From NCBI RefSeq assembly GCF_020969955.1, contig NZ_JAHDSX010000020.1, positions 1 through 32,000 of the forward strand: a stretch of DNA of 32,000 nt, written 5' to 3'. This DNA comes from Allobaculum fili. Lineage in GTDB: Bacteria > Bacillota_I > Bacilli_A > Erysipelotrichales > Erysipelotrichaceae. Position numbers and translations under genes: made by a program. Below, in pieces: positions 8,881 through 16,465 of this stretch. Below the pieces are notes generated by a model. It was not told the DNA's origin. It did not search any database and worked only from the letters and a program-made list of their open reading frames with translations. The stretch's first letter is position 1, and the number at the start of each line of letters is the position of its first letter.

Positions 8881-9207
8881 AACGATGCTGAAAAGGACAT
8901 GGTTTTCCGAGATTTGGATCCAGAAAGAAGAGCGGTCGATGCGAGCTCTTTGAAGAACCGGAAGATTACTCCCTTGGAATCGCCCCTGAAAAGGTGTGCC
9001 GTTCGTCCGCGTTAAGGCGTCAAGAGCTGGCTGTTTCGTCAATGGTTCTTCCTGTTCCACCCGATCCGCTGGATATCGAATTCAAACGATCGGATTCTTG
9101 TTCGACATGAAGATCGAACGCATTTCATTGCTGGAAGAAAGAAGCAGTCTGAACTAAGGTGGTACCGCGCACGGCAGGCGTCCTTATGGATTCCTGCCGT
9201 TTTTTTA
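8881..9207 (+). promoter_or_regulatory. T-box riboswitch leader (tRNA-Thr expected) with terminator/antiterminator
   Basis: Canonical T-box sequence aaggtggtaccgcg at 9156-9169 is followed immediately by the terminator cggcagg (9172-9178) / cctgccg (9193-9199) plus ttttttt. It lies directly upstream of thrS. I could not fix the specifier codon (ACC triplets at 8957-8959 and 9059-9061). Confidence 0.85.
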
Positions 9208-9292
9208 TGCCCAAAAGGCAAAGCGTCTGTCGGAGAGCGGAACAGATTCGACAGGCATGAAATCACACTCGCAAGAAAGGACAGAAACTGTT

Positions 9293-11044
9293 ATGGAACT
9301 CATCAACATTCTTGAAGATGAACATCTTTCTACGCTGAACCATTCTGCAGCCCATCTGATGGCGCAGGCAGTGAAACGTCTGTATCCTCAGGCAAAGTTC
9401 TGGGTTGGACCGGTCATCAGCGATGGCTTCTACTACGATATGGATCTTGGCGATGTCAGTCTGACCGATGAAGACCTCGTCAAAATCGAAAAGGAAATGA
9501 AGAAGATCGCCAAGGACGGCAAGCGCATTGTTCGCCGCGAAGTGTCCAAGGAAGAAGCCCGTGAAATGTTCGCGGACGATCTGTACAAGGAAGATCTGAT
9601 CGACGGACTCGAAGACGGAAACATCACCGTCTATTCGCAGGGTGAATTTACCGACCTCTGCCGCGGACCGCACGTGGATTCCGTGAAAGAACTGAAAAAC
9701 GTAAAACTGCTCAAGCACTCCGGCGCCTACTGGAAAGGCGACAAGAACAACAAAATGCTTCAGCGTGTTTACGGTATTGCCTTTGATACCAAGGAACAGC
9801 TCGACGACTATCTGGCAGCGCTCGAAGAAGCGAAAAAACGCGACCACAAGAAACTTGGCCGTGAAATGAACCTGTTTACGGTTTCGGAATATGCACCAGG
9901 TATGCCGATTTTCCTGCCGGATGGTATGATTCTGCGGAATCTGCTTGAAAACTACTGGTACGACATTCATGCCAAAAACGGTTACAAGTTCATCAAGACA
10001 CCAATCATGATGTCCCGTGAACTTTGGGAACGCTCCGGCCACTGGGATCACTACAAGAACAACATGTACACATCCAAAGTGGACGACCGCGATTTTGCCA
10101 TCAAGCCTATGAATTGCCCGGGTGCGCTGCTCGTCTATAACAACGACCTGCACTCCTACAAGGATCTGCCGCTGCGAATCGGCGAACTGGGTCAGGTTCA
10201 CCGCCACGAAGCGTCCGGCGCGCTGAACGGTCTGTTCCGCGTTCGTACGTTTACCCAGGATGATGCGCATATTTTCGTAACTCCGGATCAGATCGAATCC
10301 GAAGTTAAGGGCGTTCTGGATCTGATCGACCAGATTTACGGCGTATTCGGTCTGCCGTACACGATCGAACTGTCCACTCGTCCGGAAAAGGACTACATCG
10401 GAACCATCGAAATCTGGGATAAATCCGAAAAAGCCCTCGCGGATGCCTGCGTCAAAGCCGGCAAGGACTACACCGTAAACCCGGGCGACGGCGCCTTCTA
10501 CGGACCGAAACTGGATATCCATATCAAGGATTCCCTCGGCCGTGACTGGCAGTGCGGAACGATCCAGCTCGACATGAACCTGCCAGAACGTTTTGAATGC
10601 ACTTACGTAGATGCGGACGGCTCGAGAAAAACACCGCTCATGCTGCACCGTGTAATTTATGGATCCATCGAACGCTTTATCGGTATTCTGATTGAGCACT
10701 TCGGCGGTCACTTCCCGCTGTGGCTGGCCCCGAAACAGTTCGTTGTCATTCCGGTTCATCAGGAAAAACATGCGGCGTACGCCAGAGAAGTGGCAGATGC
10801 CCTCGAAAAACTCGGCATGCGTGTCAGCGTCGATGATCGCAATGAGAAACTCGGCTACCGCATTCGTGAAGCCCAGATGAAGAAAATTCCGTATCAGCTT
10901 GTTGTCGGCGACCGCGATATGGAAGCCGGAACGGTAACCATCCGTAAATCCGGAAGCAAGGACGCGGTAACTCTGACGCTCAATGAGGCTCTTGATCGCT
11001 TTAAGAAGGAGGTTGACGACAAATGTCTCTTTACCATCGATTAA
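9293..11044 (+). CDS. thrS: threonine--tRNA ligase, N-terminally short (no TGS domain)
   Basis: Editing-domain HxxxH (NHSAAHLMAQAVKRLY), class II motifs (FAIKPMNCPG, HRHEASGALNGLFRVRTFTQDDAHIF, GDGAFYGPKLD) and the anticodon-binding C-terminus. The start is ATG 9293 or 9257. Confidence 0.95.
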   Translation: MELINILEDEHLSTLNHSAAHLMAQAVKRLYPQAKFWVGPVISDGFYYDMDLGDVSLTDEDLVKIEKEMKKIAKDGKRIVRREVSKEEAREMFADDLYKEDLIDGLEDGNITVYSQGEFTDLCRGPHVDSVKELKNVKLLKHSGAYWKGDKNNKMLQRVYGIAFDTKEQLDDYLAALEEAKKRDHKKLGREMNLFTVSEYAPGMPIFLPDGMILRNLLENYWYDIHAKNGYKFIKTPIMMSRELWERSGHWDHYKNNMYTSKVDDRDFAIKPMNCPGALLVYNNDLHSYKDLPLRIGELGQVHRHEASGALNGLFRVRTFTQDDAHIFVTPDQIESEVKGVLDLIDQIYGVFGLPYTIELSTRPEKDYIGTIEIWDKSEKALADACVKAGKDYTVNPGDGAFYGPKLDIHIKDSLGRDWQCGTIQLDMNLPERFECTYVDADGSRKTPLMLHRVIYGSIERFIGILIEHFGGHFPLWLAPKQFVVIPVHQEKHAAYAREVADALEKLGMRVSVDDRNEKLGYRIREAQMKKIPYQLVVGDRDMEAGTVTIRKSGSKDAVTLTLNEALDRFKKEVDDKCLFTID

Positions 11045-11985
11045 AACCCGCCCTGTGCGGACTGCTCGCACTCGGCCTGGCTGCCTGCAGCTCACCAGCT
11101 CCTGCTGCATCCAGCAGCGAAGCATCTTCCACATCGTCCAAAGGATCGGAAACGGCTCTTGCTGAACCTTTGAAAGTACTCTGCCCGCAGGGTGCACCGG
11201 CTCTAGCTACACTTGGCCTCGAAGTCGATGACGCGGATGTGGAATATGTTGAAGGCCAGGATCTGCTGGTCAGCGAACTGTCCAAGAAAGAGGGCGACTA
11301 CGATATGATCGTCGCTCCAATCAACCTGGGTGTAAAAACCTGGAAAGAAGCTGAAGCCTATCAGCTTGAAGGCGTTCTGACCTGGGGCAACCTGTATGTA
11401 GTCAGCGCCGATGAAACCTGGAATGCGCCGGATATGAAAATCGCTCTGTTTGGCGAAGGCGCTGTTCCTGGACTTGTCTTTGATGAAGTCTATCCGGATC
11501 TGCAGGCGACCAGCGAATACTATCCGTCGGTAGCCGAAGCGTCTACCGCTCTGGTTTCCGGAAAAGTGGATGCCGCTCTGCTTGCACAGCCTGCAGCCGC
11601 TGGTGCTGTAGCCAAAGCCAAGGAAAACGGTACCGAACTGAAAGTACAGGCCGATCTGCAGCAGCTCTGGCAGGAAAAACACGAAACCAGCCAGAAAGGC
11701 TATCCGCAGGCCGCTCTGTTCGTGAAGAAAGATCACGCCAAAGATTACCAGAATGCCATCGACAAAATGGCTGACTATCTGAAAACGGCAGACGAAGCCA
11801 AGATCGAAGAAGATGTCGATCTGCTCACACCGGATAAACTCGGTGTTCCAAATGCGAAACTCGCAGCCAAGACCTGGGCACAGCAGAACATCCACTTTGA
11901 AAAAGCCGCTGATGTAGAAGAAGACATCACCAAATTCCTCGACGTCTTTGGCATGAAACTGCCGGAAGGTCTGCTTGTAAAGTAA
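11023..11985 (+). CDS. lipoprotein, type-II periplasmic-binding-fold solute-binding protein (SsuA/NMT1-like), orphan
   Basis: Lipobox LGLAAC|S is followed by a Ser-rich linker. SGKVDAALLAQPAAA is typical of NitT/TauT-type SBPs. RBS aaggagg is 10 nt upstream. The gene overlaps the thrS 3' end by 22 nt. Confidence 0.75.
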   Translation: MSLYHRLKPALCGLLALGLAACSSPAPAASSSEASSTSSKGSETALAEPLKVLCPQGAPALATLGLEVDDADVEYVEGQDLLVSELSKKEGDYDMIVAPINLGVKTWKEAEAYQLEGVLTWGNLYVVSADETWNAPDMKIALFGEGAVPGLVFDEVYPDLQATSEYYPSVAEASTALVSGKVDAALLAQPAAAGAVAKAKENGTELKVQADLQQLWQEKHETSQKGYPQAALFVKKDHAKDYQNAIDKMADYLKTADEAKIEEDVDLLTPDKLGVPNAKLAAKTWAQQNIHFEKAADVEEDITKFLDVFGMKLPEGLLVK

Positions 11986-12087
11986 GACACGATTGAGAAA
12001 TAAAAATGCCAGTCCTTTCTTTGTTCAGGCATTGGACTTTTTCCTTCCTCAGGCTTTGCCTACACTGAGCTTGTGGAGGGCCATGTC

Positions 12088-12252
12088 ATGAACGAAGAAC
12101 AGGCACATGTACAGTTTCTGAAAGATAAAGCCCAGTCTTTAGGCCTTACGTTTGAGCAGTACATGTTATTTCTCATTTTCGAAAACATTGAACATTCGCC
12201 GTATTTCAATACGCCCGCACCCGTTTTGCAAAAGGAACTGTGGCAAAACTGA
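12088..12252 (+). CDS. 54-aa hypothetical protein (below the ORF-track cutoff), ribbon-helix-helix/MobC-like pattern
   Basis: The ATG at 12088 is preceded by ggaggg at a 7-nt spacing. The product is MNEEQAHVQFLKDKAQSLGLTFEQYMLFLIFENIEHSPYFNTPAPVLQKELWQN. A strong terminator follows at 12286-12320. Confidence 0.4.
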   Translation: MNEEQAHVQFLKDKAQSLGLTFEQYMLFLIFENIEHSPYFNTPAPVLQKELWQN

Positions 12253-12285
12253 ACCGGCGACGGATTCAAGATCCAGTAAAATGAG

Positions 12286-12320
12286 AAGAAGACAGCCGCA
12301 AAAGCTGTCTTCTTTTTTTT
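12286..12320 (+). terminator. rho-independent terminator
   Basis: Perfect 11-bp stem aagaagacagc / gctgtcttctt with a 7-nt loop and a T8 tract. Confidence 0.8.
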
Positions 12321-12760
12321 CGCGGCGCTGTTTTCAAAATCAAAAGCGTTCGTCTTCCGGTCCGAATTCTGGATTCTTCCGGATGTGCAGTACTCTAAAT
12401 AGGAAGATGTCCGCCGTTTTGATAGACTCTTTTTGAAATCCGCAAACGTAAAAGCGAAAACAGGACGACAGTCCCGCTTTACCAGAGAAAAAATCGAAGC
12501 CGATCGACAGCTGCTTTCCGAAAGAAAAAGGGCTTACAACGCTCAGTACACTGAAAGTAGAAGCTTGATTTTGCCGTAAAACGCCGTTAGTGTGTCGAAA
12601 ATGACCGATGCCTATCCAAAAACGGCAATATACCCCCGGAAAACGAGAAACATCGGCTTTTGCAGAGCCGCCAGCGAATCCTGAATACGAGCTCAAAATG
12701 CGTGGTTCAGATTAAGCCGACTGAATCTTTGGTAAACCGATATGGAAAGAAGGAATCTCA

Positions 12761-13366
12761 ATGAAAACGGTCTGGATTGCGACCGGCAACGCGCATAAAG
12801 CCGAAGAATTTGGGCAGATGCTCGGAAAGGACGTGCAGATTCGCACCCTGAAAGATCTTGAGAAGGAACCGGAAATTGTAGAAGACGGAAAAACCTTTGA
12901 AGAAAACGCGCTCATTAAAGCCCGTGCTCTGCATAAGCTGGTCAAGGCTTCCGTCTTTTCGGACGACTCCGGTCTGGAAGTGGATGCCCTGAACGGAGCC
13001 CCCGGCATTTATTCCGCCCGCTTCATGGGAGAAGACACCAGCTACGACATTAAGAATCAGGCGATTCTGGATGAGATTGCCGATAAAAAAGGCGACGAAA
13101 GATCCGCCCGCTTCGTCTGCGCCATCGCCTGGATCGAAGAGGACGGTACCGAACACGTCTACCGCGGCGTAATGGAAGGACGGATTCATGATCGCATCGA
13201 AGGCGAACACGGCTTTGGCTACGATCCGATTTTCTACTATCCGCCATTTGGCACGACGAGCGCCAACGTTGCTCCGGAAAAGAAAAACGCGGCCAGTCAT
13301 CGGCACAATGCTCTGGAGCAGATGATGAAAGACTGGAAGAAAAAGTCAGGTGCAAATAATGATTAA
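12761..13366 (+). CDS. rdgB: RdgB/HAM1-family non-canonical purine NTP pyrophosphatase
   Basis: Motifs TGNAHKAEEF, SDDSGLEVDALNGAPGIYSARF, FGYDPIF and SHRHNAL. Confidence 0.95.
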   Translation: MKTVWIATGNAHKAEEFGQMLGKDVQIRTLKDLEKEPEIVEDGKTFEENALIKARALHKLVKASVFSDDSGLEVDALNGAPGIYSARFMGEDTSYDIKNQAILDEIADKKGDERSARFVCAIAWIEEDGTEHVYRGVMEGRIHDRIEGEHGFGYDPIFYYPPFGTTSANVAPEKKNAASHRHNALEQMMKDWKKKSGANND

Positions 13367-13889
13367 CGTTGTACTTTATGAGCCCGAAATACCGGCAAAT
13401 ACTGGCAACATAATAAGAACCTGTATGGCCACGGGATCGGTTCTGCACCTGATCGAACCGCTTGGCTTCACGTTTGAAGACAAGTATCTGCGGCGGGCAG
13501 GTATGGATTATATAAAGGATGCGGACATCCGCATTTATAAAAACTGGGACGATTTTGCTTCGAAAAACCCCGAGGAGCGCTGCTTCTTTCTGACCCGTTA
13601 CGGCAAGCAGCCGCCTTCTTCCTTTGACTTCTCCAACCCGGATGAAGATGTCTATTTTGTTTTAGGCAAGGAAAGCACGGGAGTGGATAAAGCCATTCTC
13701 AAGCGCAATATCGAGAGGTGCATGCGCCTGCCGATGGTGCCCAACGCGCGCAGTCTCAACCTGGGCAACTGCACGGCGATCATGGTGTATGAGGCGCTTC
13801 GCCAGCAAAATTATCCAAATCTCTCCTTTTCGGAGCAGCTCAAAGGCGAAGATTTTCTGGAAAACTATCAGCCGCCTGTACAGGACTAG
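13359..13889 (+). CDS. trmL: tRNA (cytidine/uridine-34 2'-O)-methyltransferase TrmL (SpoU/TrmH family)
   Basis: INVVLYEPEIPANTGNIIRTCMATGSVLHLIEPLGF matches the TrmL N-terminus, and the SPOUT knot motifs are present (LGKESTG, SLNLGN). The ATG at 13359 overlaps the rdgB stop. Confidence 0.9.
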   Translation: MINVVLYEPEIPANTGNIIRTCMATGSVLHLIEPLGFTFEDKYLRRAGMDYIKDADIRIYKNWDDFASKNPEERCFFLTRYGKQPPSSFDFSNPDEDVYFVLGKESTGVDKAILKRNIERCMRLPMVPNARSLNLGNCTAIMVYEALRQQNYPNLSFSEQLKGEDFLENYQPPVQD

Positions 13890-13976
13890 AACATCCTCTC
13901 CTGTTTGCTGGCAGAACTGCACGCCCGGCAGAAACCTTGTATGACCCTTTGCGACCCGCTCACAGAAAACACATAT

Positions 13977-14037
13977 GGCTGTCTGAACAATAGACATGAA
14001 GCGAAACCTTCCTGTCCTGGTTCAGACGGCTTTTTTT
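13977..14037 (+). terminator. terminator after trmL (large-loop hairpin + T7)
   Basis: ggctgtctgaac (13977-13988) pairs with gttcagacggc (14020-14030), followed by ttttttt. Confidence 0.55.
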
Positions 14038-14120
14038 GATGGACCTCCGCTCAAAGTCTTTATGTTATTCCGTTGCTATTCGCTTATAAAACGAGACGCT
14101 TTTTTCCAATGCCTTTCTAT

Positions 14121-14156
14121 ATATAAAGGGATAAAAATATATAAAGGGATAAAAAT
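14121..14156. repeat. perfect 18-bp tandem duplication (atataaagggataaaaat x2)
   Basis: Copies at 14121-14138 and 14139-14156 are identical. Confidence 0.9.
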
Positions 14157-14495
14157 CTATAGGCTTTCTTAATCCTGAGGCGTGTTCAATCCGATACCTT
14201 TCTGGACGCAAATAAACCCGAAAACAGCCCGCTGCCTGGCGCATTTCGAACCGGTCCTTTCCTTATATAGGAAATACAGGAAGTAGGGAATACAGGAGGA
14301 GAAGACAGAAATACAGAAAGATCCGGATCCAGCCGCTCGACTGAGCACCTGACGAAGACGAGTTTGCCAAGAAGAGAATAAAGACGTGTGGGCCTGAGCA
14401 GGAAGTAAGCGTACAGGGATGAGTCTGCAGGCATCCGGACATCCTGGGCTAGGAATGCGTGAGGCGCATGGAGAGGCTTTCTCTTTCGTTTCTAT

Positions 14496-14519
14496 ATAGA
14501 AAGAGCGATAGAAAGAGCG
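14496..14519. repeat. perfect 12-bp tandem duplication (atagaaagagcg x2)
   Basis: Copies at 14496-14507 and 14508-14519 are identical. They overlap the 14-bp palindrome tttctatatagaaa (14489-14502). Confidence 0.9.
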
Positions 14520-15119
14520 GACGGCTTTTCGATCCATGGTCTGACGGATCGGTTGAAGGCTGAACAAAGGCAGCTCTTGCCGTATGCAGGCCGAAAAGAA
14601 AGGAAACAGGGCCGGCTTTAAAAGTTAACAGCCGTTAAGAATTTACCGGACCGGATGAGGGTGCCAAACTCCCCGAAAAGAAGAGGAAAATCATCCATTT
14701 TGCGATTCTGGCTCATAGCGGCCAGCCAATTTATCGTCCAAAAACCGACATACTCGGGTATTTGTCTGTCCTTGAACGTCCCTTAAACGGCCCAATTGGG
14801 TCAAAATCGGGGAAAAAGCCGTTTATGAATCGTTATGGTTGACGAAATCATACATATTGGATATCCGATTTTCTTCTGAAAAAAAAACATCATTTATGTT
14901 GTTCTAAATGGAATAGAGAAGTGTGCGAATTGCTTTCAAAATTTCATGAATTATCACACGAATTCCCACAAACTATTTTGAGGTCCTTTACTTAAAGGGC
15001 CTCAGGAAAAAACCACGTTAGAAATTCTTAAGAAATTCCGAAGATATTTTTTGGGGAATTTTGCGTCTCAAAATAAGTCGTGCTAAGGTATGGATGTTCG
15101 AAAAAGAGGTGAGATAGAA

Positions 15120-16421
15120 ATGAATTTTGTTGAAAAACACAGTAAACTTTTGGCAGTTGCCTTATGTCTTTGTGCTTCCGGCCCCATTCTTTCTACCGTT
15201 CATGCTTACGAAGTCCAGCCTGGCTGGCATTCCAATGGAGAAGTAAGTTATTATGTATTTGACGATCACCAGAGAGCGAAAGGTCTCACGGTAATCGACG
15301 GCGCAACATACTATTTCGATCAGAACGGAGAAATGCAGCGCGGCTGGCAGAATATCAATAACGAAACTTATTACTTTGATAATAACGGTCAGGCCGTAAC
15401 CGGCAAATCAGAAATCCAGGGTATGACCTATAACTTCCAGCAGAGTGGTGCTCTTGCAGCCGGCTGGAACGAAGACGGTACCTACAGCAACGAAAAAGGA
15501 TTCCCGGTAGCTTCCACTTGGGTTAACGACGCAACTGGAAAATTTTACCTGGATGAAAACGGACAGGCTGTAAAAAATTCCTGGAAGGATCTCGATGGCG
15601 GACGTTACTATTTTGACGAAAATGGACGTACCGTAATCGGTGAGATTCAGGCTGACGGAGCGGTTTATTATTCCGACGACCAGGGTCTTGTAAAGACTGG
15701 CTGGCGCGATGAAAACGGCGGACGTTACTACTATAACGAAAACGGCGTTCTTAACACCGATACACTGAAGGATGTTGACGGAACCACTTACGCGTTCAAC
15801 GCAGACGGTTCCCTGATGACCAGCACCACAATCGACGGCTACAACGTAGACGAAAACGGTGTCGCAACTCTGATTCCTGTAGAACCAGAAGCACCGGTAG
15901 ATACGCCTGTAACCGACAATACGGAAATTCTGGATACAACAGAGCCGACAGTACCTGCACCAGATCCTAACGACGTTGTCGAAGAACCTGGCGTTGTGAC
16001 CCCTGTTGATACTCAGCCGGATTATTCCGATCCAATCGTTACCCCGGATCCAACTCCGACTCCGCAGCCGGATCCAGCTCCAGTAGAACCCACACCAGAT
16101 CCAGCGCCTTCCTATGATAAGGCCAACACCATCTATCAGGCAGCCATGAGCCAGCTTGGCGTATTCCAGGACTGCACGATGCTCGTTACCAACTCTCTTG
16201 CGGCAGCCGGCATTAACTTCCACGGATGGCCTCAGGATTACGCAGTACTCGGTGACTGGACAAGCAACCCTGTTCCAGGTGATATCATCATCTACAGCGG
16301 ACACGTTGCAATTTATGCCGGTAACGGCATGGCAGTACACGGCGGATTCAACGGCAACACAACCGTTCTCTTCTCTGTAAACTGCACTTCCGTACTGATT
16401 GGCTACATTCACGTACGCTAG
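15120..16421 (+). CDS. secreted cell-wall-binding-repeat protein with C-terminal NlpC/P60- or CHAP-like peptidoglycan hydrolase domain
   Basis: Signal peptide MNFVEKHSKLLAVALCLCASGPILSTVHA. About 9 CW_binding_1-type repeats (YYFDxNGxxxxGW). A Pro/Thr/Asp-rich linker. A C-terminal Cys...His pair (FQDCTMLV...YSGHVAIYAG). RBS agaggtga precedes the ATG at 15120. Confidence 0.9.
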   Translation: MNFVEKHSKLLAVALCLCASGPILSTVHAYEVQPGWHSNGEVSYYVFDDHQRAKGLTVIDGATYYFDQNGEMQRGWQNINNETYYFDNNGQAVTGKSEIQGMTYNFQQSGALAAGWNEDGTYSNEKGFPVASTWVNDATGKFYLDENGQAVKNSWKDLDGGRYYFDENGRTVIGEIQADGAVYYSDDQGLVKTGWRDENGGRYYYNENGVLNTDTLKDVDGTTYAFNADGSLMTSTTIDGYNVDENGVATLIPVEPEAPVDTPVTDNTEILDTTEPTVPAPDPNDVVEEPGVVTPVDTQPDYSDPIVTPDPTPTPQPDPAPVEPTPDPAPSYDKANTIYQAAMSQLGVFQDCTMLVTNSLAAAGINFHGWPQDYAVLGDWTSNPVPGDIIIYSGHVAIYAGNGMAVHGGFNGNTTVLFSVNCTSVLIGYIHVR

Positions 16422-16434
16422 AAATGAACTTCAA

Positions 16435-16465
16435 GCTGTCAGCAATTCGCTGGCGGCTTTTTTTC
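16435..16465 (+). terminator. rho-independent terminator
   Basis: gctgtcagc / gctggcggc stem. Its two G-U pairs are valid only on the + strand. Loop aattc, then ttttttt. Confidence 0.7.

Noticed and set aside
8041-9060. A 339-aa minus-strand ORF covering the 3' end of the AlkD-like gene, the small membrane ORF and part of the T-box leader.
   Set aside because: It runs antisense to a recognisable gene and through a promoter and T-box leader. Its composition is Arg/Cys/Phe-rich. I treat it as a shadow frame.
9263-11197. Very long antisense ORFs opposite real genes. Examples: 644 aa opposite thrS, 636 aa at 23273-25183 opposite ezrA, 420 aa at 18308-19570 opposite M16, 334 aa at 15408-16412, 310 aa at 4034-4966, 285 aa at 6395-7252 opposite tex, and 287 aa at 26468-27331 opposite thiI.
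   Set aside because: Their translations are low-complexity and rich in Arg, Phe, Val and Cys. They have no motifs or RBSs, and each mirrors a gene with unmistakable family signatures. They are shadow frames produced by the sense strand avoiding TTA, CTA and TCA codons.
14236-14262. GGTTCGAAAT on the minus strand, considered as a possible tRNA T-arm.
   Set aside because: The flanking bases cannot form a T stem or an acceptor stem, and no cloverleaf can be built. It is not a tRNA.
14121-14519. Short tandem repeats considered as a possible CRISPR array.
   Set aside because: There are only two abutting copies each (18 bp and 12 bp), with no spacers, no repeat of CRISPR length, and no cas genes in the window.
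14169-14567. A 132-aa minus-strand ORF inside the gene-free region.
   Set aside because: It has no RBS, a Cys/Arg/Ser/Pro-rich sequence and no recognisable motif. It overlaps the tandem repeats and palindromes. I judge it non-coding.
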